Assembly (NCBI GenBank): GCA_964016885.1
Contig: OZ024742.1
Location: forward strand, 311,860,001-311,924,000
Direction of reading: 5' to 3'
DNA from: Eledone cirrhosa
Lineage: Eukaryota
Length of the DNA stretch: 64,000 bases
Both the position numbers and the translations under genes were made by a program. Shown piece by piece: positions 27,005 to 38,821 of the stretch. Below the pieces are notes generated by a model. That model had not been told where the DNA came from and ran no database searches. It saw nothing but the letters and a program-made list of their open reading frames with translations. Every line of letters starts with the position of its first letter. Position 1 is the first letter of the stretch.

Positions 27005-28908
27005 GTTCTTTGAGTCTCAGTCATTGATGGAAAGTTTGTTGAAATGAATATCAAGCCACTACCTGCAGCCTCAGATATTCAGTACGTATCGGAGGGTTCT
27101 TGCTGTTCCCTGCAAGCATGCCTTTTGAAGTGTTCCAAAAAGCGGGGCGGGGCCAATTTTCTTTAACCATCCCTGGAAACTTTTTGAGATAGTACCTAGT
27201 GCGCCTATGACAATCGGGACCACTTTGACTTCATGGCAGTTCCAAATCCTTTTTACCTCCCACTTTAAGTCCTGGTATCGGTTAATTTTCTCCCTCTCCT
27301 TCTCTTGCACTCTCTTGTCAAATGGGCAGGCCACATCCACAATCAGGCACGATCTTTTTTCCTTGTCCAAAACCACCAGGTCAGGTCTATTGTGTTCCAG
27401 TTTCTTGTCCGTCTGTATCCTAAAATCCCATAGCACCTTCACCTGATCGTTTTCTATCACCGACTCTGACTTATGCTCATACCACTTCTCAGAATGTGGT
27501 AAATTGTTTACTTTGCATAGGTGCCAGTGGATCACCCTGCCTCCAGCCTTTATAGTGAGTCTGGGCTAGGTGTTTACACTGGGATACAATGTGAGCCACA
27601 TTCTCCTCTCTCTCTCCACAGATCCTGCACAGTGGGCTAGCCCCCTCCTTGTAAATATGGTGTTTCAGCCACTTCGATTTGAGGGCCTGCTCTTGCGCAG
27701 CCATTAGCATTCATTCTGTAGCCTTTTTAAGGTCTCCTCTTCTCAACCAGTTCCATGTCTGTGGATCTCTGAATTCCGTTTTCTCAAAGAAGGTACTATG
27801 AAGGGATTTTTCATGAAGGTTGCTCTTTCTTCTTGTTGTTATTTCCTCCTTGGACATCCCCTGGTCTATTGTCCTCTCCTTCAGTACAATTCTGAGCATT
27901 GGCTCTTTACTATCGATCACGTATTTGTGTAGGTTGTTTTTCTCCATCTGAACACAGTTCTCTATGCTGATAAATCCTCTTCCACCTTCACATCTCCTTA
28001 AGTAGAGTCTATCGACATCACTCCTCTTGTGGTACATATTGTAGATAGTGAATAGCTCCCTAGTCTTCCTATCTATTTCTTTTTGTTCAGCAACATTCCA
28101 TCTCAGAATTCCCGCACTGTACCTAATAATAGACACAGCTCGGGAATTTACTGCACTTATGACATTCCTACTGTTCAGATGTGACTGAATGTATTCAGTT
28201 CTTATCAATTCCTTCGTTTTTTTGTTCTTGATGTCATCAGCCTCCAGAATACCCAAATATTTGTATCCTTCTTCAGTGTCAATTTCCTTTATCATCTCAC
28301 CTGTTGGTACCTGGATTCCGTTGCTTCTGCTCAATTTACCCCTCTTCATCACAAGGACTCCACACTTACTAATACCAAATTGCATACATATATCATTGCT
28401 GAAAATACGGACAGTGTCAACAAGCACATCAAACTTCTTCTCACTCTTCCTGAAGAGCTTAAGATCGTCCATGAAGAGGAGGTGATTGATGGTAAGCTCT
28501 CCCTTTCCCAACTTGTATCCTGCTCTCACTTTTCGCAGTATAATGGTCAGGGGCATCAGGGCAAGGACAAACAACAGAGGGGACAGACTATCTCCCTGGA
28601 AGATACCTCTCTTGATCTTCACGCCTCCCAAGGATTCTCCAGCTGATGTTAACTCTGTTTTCCATGACTTCATACTTTTGCTCAACAACTGTCTGATGTT
28701 ATCTGCCACCTTGAAGATCCCTAGGCTTTTGGTGATCCAAGAATGAGGCACCATGTCAAATGCCTTTTTGTAGTCTATCCATCCCATAGCAAGACCAGTT
28801 TGCCTCCTCTTGCAATTCATCATTACCATCTTATCAATAAGTCACTGGTCCTTTGTACCACGGGACTTCTTTCGGCATCCTTTCTGTTCGTCCGGTAACA
28901 AGTTGTTT
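27005..28908 (-). mobile_element. 5'-truncated R4/Dong-clade LINE (RT, CCHC, restriction-like endonuclease)
   Basis: WIDYKKAFD, IFQGDSLSP, HLLFMDDLKL, CRICGEREENVAHIVSQC, HNRPD..D..P.D..EK..Y.DL. 3' end at the (TAA)n tract. Confidence 0.9.
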
Positions 28909-31778
28909 GACCTCAGGTCACTAAACATAGATGTAGTGGCCATCAGCGAGACCAGAATCTCCGACGCACGGGCCTTGGCACCGACCTTCGGCGGCTACGA
29001 TGTGTACGCATCTCCCAGCCGCCCTGGATCGGGGGGAGGAGTCGCTGTGCTTTTTCGGAGAGGTTTAGATCTTGCCATACGGGCCATCTTCCTGGACCCA
29101 GAAGGTAAGTTGGTGGTGCTGGACGTGACCAGCGGAGACGGCAAGCTTTCAGGCTAGTGGCCGTCTATGCCCCGACAGGAACAGGGCGGCCTGATTTCTT
29201 CCGGTGTCTGGAGACCTTTCTTGGAACGTCCCGCTCTTTAGTGTTAGTAGGCGACTGGAACGGGATCTGAGATACACGCTGGGACTATGTGGGATTAGCG
29301 GATAGGGGAGGAAGGTGCAAGAGCCTCACCAACCTGCTCAGGCGTTTTGAGCTGTCTGACAGGTACCGATTGGATTTCCCGAATGTGCCAATGTGGACTT
29401 GGACAAATCGCATAGGGTCATCCGGATCATATCTAGATAAAGTATGGAAATAGATAGGTCTAGCATAGACTGTCCACAATTCAAGATAGTCAGCTACACG
29501 GACCACAAATTCGTGATCTGTGTGCTTGAGTTAGATAGGCTTCGTGGACGAGGACCCGGCTACTGGAAGCTGAACGCGTCCTTACCAGCGCGCAAGGCCT
29601 ACAGAGACCGGATTAGCGAACTAGTCAAGCGGGCGTTGACGGGGGCCATCGTCAACAGCAAGTGGTGGTTTGCTCTGAAAAGAGCGATTAGAATAGAGTC
29701 CATTAGGTTTAGTAAGGCTTTAGCAATAGAGAAAAATAGAGCAGAGGGAGAACTAGTTAGAAAATTAGACGAGGGATGAACTTTAGTGTCTACCTCGACG
29801 GACTGCCGCAGCTCTCGGCCACTGGGGCGGAGTGTTGCGAAAAACCGATAACAGCCGCTGAAGTACGGGAGGCAATGACTGGCTGCACAAGGGGTAAATC
29901 GCCTGGTTTGGATGGTCTGCCCTATGCACTTTATGTACAGATGCCAGACTTGTTCGGAGGCCTCTTGGCGGACATCTACTGCAACTGGCAACAGAACGGG
30001 AGAATTCCCAGCTCTGTGAGCCGAGGAGCTGTGATGCTGCTGAGAAAGGATCCGAACAAGGGGGATAACATAGATAATTTCAGGCCCATAACTCTGCTAA
30101 ACACAGAGTTCAAGATTTTGGCCAAGGTGCTAGCAAAGAGGTTGGCACTTGTCGTTGGTGGTCTGGTGGGAGAGGCGCAGACATGCGCCATTCCCGACAG
30201 ATCCATCCACGACAACCTCCACCTCATGCGATACATCGTAGAGAGGGTAGCTAGGGAATCTGGCACGGGTGGGTCAGTGGGCCTGCAGCTCGGCACCTGG
30301 AGAGGCAGGTCCATGCCGTCCAACAGCGTCGTCGGACGCTGGACGGACGGACCGGTTAAATTGCTAGGGGTCTGGTTTGGTCCGGACCTCCAGACGGACA
30401 ACAACTGGGACGAGGTGACGAGCAGGGTGGCTTCTCTCACCCAGAAATGGGCGGAGAGGAAGCTATCCCTGAAAGGTCGAGCGGAGGTGGCTAACGCGTA
30501 CATCGCGTCTGTAATCTGCTTCCGCCTGACCGTCGTACCTTGTCCTAAGCCCCGCCTGACTGCGCTGGAGCGTTTGCTCTTTCGCTTTTTGTGGAAGGGA
30601 CGCGCTCCGATGGTCAGGCGGTCCATCTGCTGTCAACACCCGCTACGTGGAGGGCTGGGCATGCCGTGACTGATGATGCGCAGACACGTGCTCAGGCTAC
30701 GACATCTCCACCTCTTCCTCGACGGTGATCAGCTGTGGTCGCCGTTTGCTAGACACCTATTTCCCCAGCTCGTTTCCTTGACGGAGCTGCAGTCCTGGGT
30801 CAAGCGAAGACCGAGAGGGAGCGCCTGGAAACTGGAATGTCTTCAGGCGTTCACAGCCCTCGACCAATCGGGCAATGTGATCGGTGGAAACTCCACCTCG
30901 GCGTTCTATAGAGGATTAGTGGAGGGGAAGAGCGACGACGTACTTGGGGAAACTCTAGGCGTCGACGAAAATCAACTAGCCAATCTCTTCGGAAGAACTT
31001 TCGGGCCAGGACCTATGGACAACTTCAAGAAATCTCTCGCCTGGCAGTGCTACCGAGGAGCCTTGCCATTTCGGGATAAACTCTACAGGCATGGAGGTGC
31101 CGTCAGCTGGGCATGTCCGAGATGCGCACAGGGCGACGAAACCGTCCTGCACGCACTCGTCCAGTGTCCGAGCATTGCTGACTTGTGGGTTTATGTCGAA
31201 CACCTGCTGTCACGTGTAGGACGGATCCAGCTATCATCTGAGTCCATCGTGAGGATTGCCCCGCCCTCTTCCTTTAGCCGGGAAGGGCAGGCAGTTTTTA
31301 TCTGTCTGGTGGCCATGGCGAAAGAGATAGTATGGTGGACACGTTTGAAAGGGCTGAAGACGAGCACTTACCTCTTCGGTGATGCCCTGATTGACTTTTT
31401 CAAATTTCATTTGAAAAGGAAAATCCGAGTAGAGAGGGAAGTGCTCTCTTCCCAGCATTTTGTTGAAAGATGGGTGAGAGAAGCAAGAATGGCCCGAGTG
31501 AATGGGCCTACTCTGAGTACGTATCTGTAAATTAAAGGTGGAAAACTGGGAGAGGGCACTTGCCTTGGTGGTCAGGGTCACTGTGGTCTTTTACTGGGCT
31601 TTCTCCACAAATGTCCCTCCGAAGTCTCCCCCCTGTTGGGGAATTTTTCATTGTTATTTTTTGTTACATCCTCTGTTTTTGTTTTTTACACGCAGAAATG
31701 CCCATTTGTACCGTCCTGTATTGTCCTGCACTGTCCTTAATGTCTACTTTATGTAAACCCTTGTGGTTAATAAAGAAA

Positions 31779-31780
<2 letters not shown>
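28909..31780 (+). mobile_element. 5'-truncated, internally deleted L1/Tx1 copy B
   Basis: Matches ORF2 of copies A and C from 28909. Deletions at ~29773 and ~30274, stop at 30667-30669. (ATT)n 31781-31819. Confidence 0.92.
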
Positions 31781-31819
<39 letters not shown>

Positions 31820-32034
31820 GAATGCCATGGTTGACGGAGGCTCGGCTCTGTAAGGTATAGTAATTTTTAACCGTTAAAACAATTGTAAATTGTTTAAAAC
31901 TTGAACCAAATTGTTGATAAAGACACCCTCCTCCTCGTGAGAGGAGTCTTTCTGTCCGTTATTTGGCCCTTCGGGGTTAAATGACCAGTTATTGGGGTTT
32001 TGTACCCAAAATTTCATTTTAAACAAAAAACAAC

Positions 32035-34132
32035 ATGGCTACGAAAAAGAAATTTCATACGTCACTCCCACTCATTCCGTCTTCTTCTTCCTCAATCATC
32101 ACTACAGCAGAGAGAAGATTGTCTCTCTCCCTCCCTTCTTTAAATGTGTCTCTCTCCCTCCCTTCTCTTTCGCAAGTGACGAAAGAAAAGAAAAGTCTCG
32201 TGCAAAGCGTGCAAGGTTTCTCCACGACGACGACGACAGCGACGAAACAGGTGTGCGGGAAATACGAAAACCCAGTTCATTCGTCTGACGTCAGGAATAA
32301 TAGCAGTAGCAGCCGTAATAACAACAGCAACAGTGACAATGAAAACAACAGTAGCAGCCGCAACAGCATCACCAGCAGCATAAACAACAACAGCATTAGC
32401 AGCAGCAACACCAACAACAACCACAGCAACAGCGGCGGAGGCAGTAGTCGTAGTACCTGCAGCAACAACAAAAGTACCAGCAGCTCTGACGACAACAACA
32501 ACAGCAGAGAAAAACCAATCTCATTTGCAGGTATTGCGAAAAACTTGGAAACAATCCTCATAACAAATGAGGAATTAGAGGAAGCGAAGAAGATGGTGAC
32601 AAAGAACGGACACCGAGCAATCTGCAAGGCAGCGGAAAAATTTTTCGAAACCCAAGAGCACTGTACGGTCACGTACCGTACAGTGAGTACAAAATCCCGT
32701 AGGGTGGAAAGAGCCACAGAGGCCCAAATACAAAAAGCCTTGGGGTCTGTGTGGCAGCGGAAAACGCACATCACCCGAGGCAAAAAATATGCCACCGTAG
32801 ACGTACTTTTTGCCACACCCCAGGAGGCAAAGGCCCAATCAGTAGTGACCCTAAGGAGCGAGGAAATGGTGTTGGTGCCCTCCTACTGCGGGCAAAAAAT
32901 TGTGAGGGTCAAACTGACCCACGTCCCCCCCGGAATGACCCCTTCTTGGCTGGCCGCGTCTGTCCTCGTCGGAATCGAGGACAAAACAACTGTACTGCAA
33001 GTACAGAAAAAAAGTAAGAGAAGATTGGGTCGGCTCCTCCATTGAGATGCTAATCCAAACCAACCAGGAGTGCATCGAAGCTATCCCGGATGTGATAGAC
33101 TTCGATAACGGCACTCAACTGCCCATAAGTGTTGAGGGCAAACGCCCGAAATGCTTTCGCTGTGGATCGAAGACTCACCTCAGGGCCTTCTGCAACGAGA
33201 AGACCCTGAGAAAGGAGAAAACCCCCCTCCTTCCGAATCCGGCTCCACGGCTACCAGCAACAGGACAAGCGGCAACCAGGAACGATAGGTCCGTGGCACC
33301 CATACCCACTCCACGGAAATCAAAAACAGCAGCAGCAGTGGAAATATTAACAACAACAACAGCAATACCAAATGCAGCTGCAACAGAGACTCCAGTGCAA
33401 ACATCACCAACAACAACAAGTGAAAGAGTGGAGCTGGTACCCCTCCCCGACCTCACAGAATCAGACATGGAGTGTGAGGTGGGAGAGGGATGGCAAAAGG
33501 TCGCAAGAAGGCACAAACGCAGAAGCAGCGTATCGTCGCCTTTGAAAAGGGAGGAAAGAAATGAGAAAAGGGTAAAGTCTACTGCAAAGAGACCCACAGC
33601 AGCAACACCACCAACACCATCACCACCCACACCAGCACCACCATCACCACCGGCGACAACCCCACCGCCAACAACACCTTCAACACCACCACCACAAGCA
33701 CCAACATCGCAAACACAACAACAAAACACACACACCCAGCAACAACGACAAGAAAATAGCAGAACCACACCCCACCCCCAGAAAAACAAATGCACGGCAA
33801 TAAACACACACAACAAGAAACTAATGACTTACATAATTGAACACACAGACATTTCACAACAGGACTACATAATACCAGCACCAATCAAAACGCCAACTAA
33901 CATAAGACTGCTAAAAATAGCACAGAAACAATACACAAACATTAAAACGAAATTCCCCAACGCAGTTGGTGATTTCAGGGACCTAGGAGGAACCATCAAT
34001 CGAAGAGTATATTCAGACATTCTCTTAGAAGAGCCGACGACCAGCCGAAGGGACGATTCAACGGTCCCTTCACCAGACGATCAAGTGAAAAGGGATGTAA
34101 AAACCATCCCTCCTCTACCAAAAGTACGGTAA
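32035..34132 (+). CDS. LINE C ORF1 (Ser/Asn-rich N-terminus, CCHC knuckle); single frameshift at A7 run 33007-33013
   Basis: Removing one A gives KKVREDWVGSSIEMLIQ, aligning to copy A KEKQENWSGSRMELLIQ. CFRCGSKTHLRAFC knuckle. Confidence 0.8.
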
Positions 34133-34167
34133 GTGGTCTTTCCCATCTTTTCCACTCTATTTTAAAC

Positions 34168-37100
34168 ATGACCTCACTCAGAATAGGCAGCATAAATGCG
34201 CGTGGCTTGGGGTCGTCATGGAAGCAGGGTCACCTGCTCAACGACCTCAGGTCACTAAACATAGATGTAGTGGCCATCAGCGAGACCAGAATCTCCGAAG
34301 AACGGGCCTTCGCACCGATCTTCGGCGGCTACGATGTGTACGCATCTCCCAGCCGTCCGGGATCGGGGGGAGGAGTTGCTGTGCTTTTTCGGAGAGGTTT
34401 GGATCTCGCCATACGGGCCATCTTCCTGGACCCAGAGGGTAAGCTGGTGGTGCTGGACGTGACCAGCGGAGACGGGCAAGCTTTCAGGCTAGTGGCCGTC
34501 TATGCCCCGACAGGAGCAGGGCGGCCTGATTTCTTCCGGCGTCTGGAGACCTTTCTTGGAACGTCCCGCTCTTTAGTGTTAGTGGGCGACTGGAACGGGA
34601 TCTTAGATGCACGCTGGGACTGTGTGGGATTAGCGGATAGGGGTGGAGGGTGCAAGAGCCTCACCAACCTGCTCAGGCGTTTTGAACTGTCTGACAGGTA
34701 CCGATTGGATTTCCCGAATGTGCCAATGTGGACTTGGACAAACCGCATAGGGTCATCCAGATCATATCTAGATAGAGTATTTTGTAGGGAAATAGATAGG
34801 TCTAGCATAGGCTGTCCACAATTCAAGATAGTCAGCTACACGGACCACAAATTCGTGACCTGTGTGCTTGACTTAGATAGGCTTCATAGACGAGGACCCG
34901 GCTACTGGAAGCTAAACGCGTCCTTACCAGCGCGCAAGGCCTACAGAGACCGGATTAGCGAACTAGTTAAGCGGGCGTTGACGGGGGCCATCGTCAACAA
35001 CAAGTGGTGGTTTGCTCTGAAAAGAGCGATTAGAATAGAATCGATTAGGTTTAGTAAGGCTTTAGCAATAGAGAAAAATAGAGCAGAGGGAGAACTAGTT
35101 AGAAAATTAGACGAGGCGCTTAGCAAAGGCATTGCGACCGACGTGCTTGCGGCGAAATTGGCCCTTGACCAATTCTTCAATGCAAAGCACGAAGGCTGCG
35201 TTGTCAGAGCTAGGGTGCGTGCTCTCAGACACGAGGGGACGAAAGCCGTTCAATGGTCCCGAGTGGCGGAGGCGCGTCGTGGCAACAAAGCCACGATCCG
35301 GTCTTTGGTGGACCACGACGGGCGCATGCTACTCGATCCCGGGCAAATGTGTGAAGCTTTTCAGCGACACTTCGCTCAGCTGTTCGGGGGCAGCGGTGGG
35401 CCGGGTAGAGGGATGGACTTTAGTGTCTACCTCGACGGACTGCCGCGGCTCTCGGCCACTGAGGCGAAGTGTTGCGAAAAGCCGATAACAGCCGCTGAAG
35501 TAAGGGAGGCAATGACTGGCTGCACAAGGGGTAAATCGCCTGGTTTGGATGGTCTGCCCTATGAACTTTACGTACAGATGCCAGACTTGTTCGGAGGCCT
35601 CTTGGCGGACGTCTACTGCAACTGGCAACAGAACGGGAGAATTCCCAGTTCTGTGAGCCGAGGAGCGGTGGCACTGCTGAGAAAGGATCCGAACAAGGGG
35701 GATAACATAGAAAATTTCCGGCCCATAACTCTGCTAAACACAGAGTTTAAGATTTTGGCCAAGGTGCTAGCAAAGAGGTTGGCGCTTGTCGTTGGTGGTC
35801 TGGTGGGAGAGGCGCAGACATGCGCCATTCCCGACAGATCCATCCACGACAACCTCCACCTCATGCGATACATCGTAGAGAGGGTAGCTAGGGAACCTGG
35901 CACGGGTGGGTCCTTGATCAATTTAGATCAGTCGAAAGCTTTCGATAGGGTCGACCATCGTTACCTAGCGGCAGTCCTGAGGGCGGCTGGCTTTGGGCCC
36001 GTCTTCAGAGGCTGGATCGCTGCCATGCACAGCGACATCTGCTCTGTGGTGAGAGTGAACGGTCACCTGTCGGAACCGTTCAACATCATGCGCTCGGTCC
36101 GCCAAGGATGTCCCCTCTCGTCCCTCTTGTACGTATTGACGCTCGAGCCATTACTGCACAAACTGGAGACGTTGAGGGGAGTCCCGCGCGAACTAGGATG
36201 CGGAAGATCCGTGTCAGCATATGCGGACGATGTCACCGTAGTGGTGTCGAACGCCAAACACATCGAGGCGATCGGCACTACACTAAGAGAATACGAAGCG
36301 GTGACAGGAGCAATGATCAACCAGGAAAAGTCAGTGGGCCTGCAGCTCGGCACCTGGAGAGGCAGGTCCATGCCGTCCAACAGCGTCGTCGGGCGCTGGA
36401 CGGACGGACCGGTTAAATTGCTAGGGGTCTGGTTCGGTCCGGACCTCCAGACGGACAAAAACTGGGACGAGGTGACGAGCAGGGTGGCTTCTCTCACCCA
36501 GAAATGGGCGGAGAGGAAGCTATCCCTGAAAGGTCGAGCGGAGGTGGCTAACGCGTACATCGCGTCTGTCATCTGCTACCGCCTAACCGTCGTACCTTGT
36601 CCTAAGCCTCGCCTGACTGCGCTGGAGCGTTTGCTCTTTCGCTTTTTGTGGAAGGGACGTGCTCCGATGGTCAGGCGGTCCATCTGTTGTCAACACCCGC
36701 TACGTGGAGGGCTGGGCATGCCGTGGCTGATGATGCGCAGGCACGCGCTCAGGCTACGACATCTCCACCTCTTCCTCGACGGTGATCAGGTGTGGTCGCC
36801 GTTTGCTAGACGCGTTTTTCCCCAGCTCGTTTCCTTGACGGAGCTGCAGTCCTGGGTCAAGCGAAGACCGAGAGGGAGCGCCTGGAGACTGGAATGTCTT
36901 CAGGCGCTCACAGCCCTCGACCAATCGGGCAATGTGATCGGTGGAAACTCCACCTCGGCGTTCTATAGAGGATTAGTGGAGGGGAAGAGCGACGACGTAC
37001 TTGGGGAAACTCTAGGCGTCGACGAAAATCAACTAGCCAATCTCTTCGGAAGAACTTTCGGGCCAGGGCCTATGGACAACTTCCAGAAATCTCTGGCCTG

Positions 37101-37587
37101 GCAGTGCTACCGAGGAGCCTTGCCAGTTCGGGATAAACTCTACAGGCATGGAGGTGCCGTCAGCCGGGCATGTCCGAGATGCGCGCATGGCGACGAAACC
37201 GTCCTGCACGCACTCGTCCAGTGTCCGAAAATTGCTGACTTGTGGGTTTATGTCGAACACCTGCTGTCGCGTTTAGGACGGATCCAGCTATCATCTGAGT
37301 CTATCGTGAGGATTGCCCCGCCCTCCTCCTTTAGCCGGGAAGGGCAGGCAGTTTTTATCTGTCTGGTGGCCATGGCGAAAGAGATAGTATGGTGGACACG
37401 TTTGAAAGGTCTGAAGACGAGCACTTACCTCTTCGGTGATGCTCTGATTGACTTTTTCAAATTTCATTTGAAAAGGAAAATCAGAGTAGAGAGGGAAGTG
37501 CTCTCTTCCCAGCATTTTGTTGAAAGATGGGTGAGAGAAGCAAGAATGGCCCGAGTGAATGGGCCTACTCTGAGTATATATCTGTAA
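34168..37587 (+). CDS. LINE C ORF2, intact 1139 aa: APE endonuclease, reverse transcriptase, C-terminal Cys/His finger
   Basis: SINARGL, SET, GDWN, YLDR, TDH; FRPITLLN, DQSKAFD, QGCPLS, YADD; CPRC..ETVLHALVQC. Confidence 0.95.
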   Translation: MTSLRIGSINARGLGSSWKQGHLLNDLRSLNIDVVAISETRISEERAFAPIFGGYDVYASPSRPGSGGGVAVLFRRGLDLAIRAIFLDPEGKLVVLDVTSGDGQAFRLVAVYAPTGAGRPDFFRRLETFLGTSRSLVLVGDWNGILDARWDCVGLADRGGGCKSLTNLLRRFELSDRYRLDFPNVPMWTWTNRIGSSRSYLDRVFCREIDRSSIGCPQFKIVSYTDHKFVTCVLDLDRLHRRGPGYWKLNASLPARKAYRDRISELVKRALTGAIVNNKWWFALKRAIRIESIRFSKALAIEKNRAEGELVRKLDEALSKGIATDVLAAKLALDQFFNAKHEGCVVRARVRALRHEGTKAVQWSRVAEARRGNKATIRSLVDHDGRMLLDPGQMCEAFQRHFAQLFGGSGGPGRGMDFSVYLDGLPRLSATEAKCCEKPITAAEVREAMTGCTRGKSPGLDGLPYELYVQMPDLFGGLLADVYCNWQQNGRIPSSVSRGAVALLRKDPNKGDNIENFRPITLLNTEFKILAKVLAKRLALVVGGLVGEAQTCAIPDRSIHDNLHLMRYIVERVAREPGTGGSLINLDQSKAFDRVDHRYLAAVLRAAGFGPVFRGWIAAMHSDICSVVRVNGHLSEPFNIMRSVRQGCPLSSLLYVLTLEPLLHKLETLRGVPRELGCGRSVSAYADDVTVVVSNAKHIEAIGTTLREYEAVTGAMINQEKSVGLQLGTWRGRSMPSNSVVGRWTDGPVKLLGVWFGPDLQTDKNWDEVTSRVASLTQKWAERKLSLKGRAEVANAYIASVICYRLTVVPCPKPRLTALERLLFRFLWKGRAPMVRRSICCQHPLRGGLGMPWLMMRRHALRLRHLHLFLDGDQVWSPFARRVFPQLVSLTELQSWVKRRPRGSAWRLECLQALTALDQSGNVIGGNSTSAFYRGLVEGKSDDVLGETLGVDENQLANLFGRTFGPGPMDNFQKSLAWQCYRGALPVRDKLYRHGGAVSRACPRCAHGDETVLHALVQCPKIADLWVYVEHLLSRLGRIQLSSESIVRIAPPSSFSREGQAVFICLVAMAKEIVWWTRLKGLKTSTYLFGDALIDFFKFHLKRKIRVEREVLSSQHFVERWVREARMARVNGPTLSIYL

Positions 37588-38113
37588 ATTAAAGGTGGAA
37601 AACTGGGAGAGGGCACTTGCCTTGGTGGTCAGGGTCATTGTGGCTTTTTACTGGGCTTTCACCACAAATGTCCCTCCGAAGTCTCCCCCCTATTGGGGAA
37701 TTTTTCATTGTTATTTTCATTGTTATTTTTGTTACATCCTCTGTTTTTGTTTTTTACACGCAGAAATGCCCATTTGTACCGTCCTGCATTGTCCTGCACT
37801 GTCCTTAATGTCTACTTTATGTAAACCCTTGTGGTTAATAAAGAAATCATTATTATTATTATTATTATTATCATTATTATTACTATTATTATTATTATAT
37901 ATTGTTACTTTGGGAGTGTCATGCTGCCAATAGAAGCACACGCACCTGTTGGTTTTCATTTCAATTTATTATAAATTTCCGATTGGTTGGTTCGAAAACC
38001 GGAAGGTTGTTTATATATTGTCAAAGCTCTTTTGTCACACATTCTGTGACCTCCCCAGTGACTATATTTTTAGTTTCTGTCTCTCCTTTGTTCTGTCCTA
38101 TGAATATATATAC

Positions 38114-38242
<129 letters not shown>

Positions 38243-38244
38243 CC

Positions 38245-38275
<31 letters not shown>

Positions 38276-38430
38276 TTGTGTATCTGTGTGAGTGTGTATG
38301 TGTGTTTATATGGAGTCGTTTGGTTTTTACTAAACAGTCGTGACTGCACTCTTATTTGTGTTATGTCAAAATTACTTTATTTTATTTTACGTTTTACTCA
38401 TTTATTTTATATATTATATATTTCTAACAG

Positions 38431-38572
38431 TTTTTCCAGTGAATGTACGTTTAGATGGATCTCCCGATCGGGGTCGTGTTGAAGTTTTCTACAACAATAT
38501 ATGGGGTACAATTTGCAGTGATTTCTGGGACGATTCTAATGCAAAAGTCATATGCAACAATCTTGGCTTCGA
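38431..38572 (+). CDS. SRCR domain 1, first exon
   Basis: ctaacag| (or ccag| at 38440) VRLDGSPDRGRVEVFYNNIWGTICSDFWDDSNAKVICNNLGF |gtaagt; phase 1-2. Confidence 0.92.
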
Positions 38573-38633
38573 GTAAGTATTAGTTTTCAACTTAACTGAT
38601 CCTCCTCTTCTTCATTACTTAAATTGACACAGG

Positions 38634-38821
38634 TGGATTGGCAGTATCGGTAGAGGGTCGGACGCCATGCTTTAAAGCATAGAGTTACCACTCTTTATGA
38701 TCTGAGTTCAAATTCCGCCGAGGTTAACTTTGCCTTTCATCCTTACGGGGTCGATAAAATAAAGTACCAGTAATACACTGGGATAATTGCTGGCCTTGTG
38801 CCAAAAGTAGAAACAATTATT
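38634..38821 (+). mobile_element. tRNA-derived SINE (main family)
   Basis: Full head, core and tail match. Confidence 0.85.

Larger units (their letters stand above)
31820..37848 (+). mobile_element. Full-length L1/Tx1-clade LINE copy C between (TTA)n tracts
   Basis: 5'UTR, ORF1, intact ORF2, AATAAA-gaaatc then (ATT)n 37849-37897. Confidence 0.95.

Noticed and set aside
29761-30290. Deletions in LINE B as spliced-out introns
   Set aside because: GT-AG removal does not reproduce the second junction; the first has only a poor GC donor and no pyrimidine tract.
22369-33816. Antisense ORFs over LINE ORF1s
   Set aside because: Shadows of low-complexity Pro/Thr/Asn coding strands.
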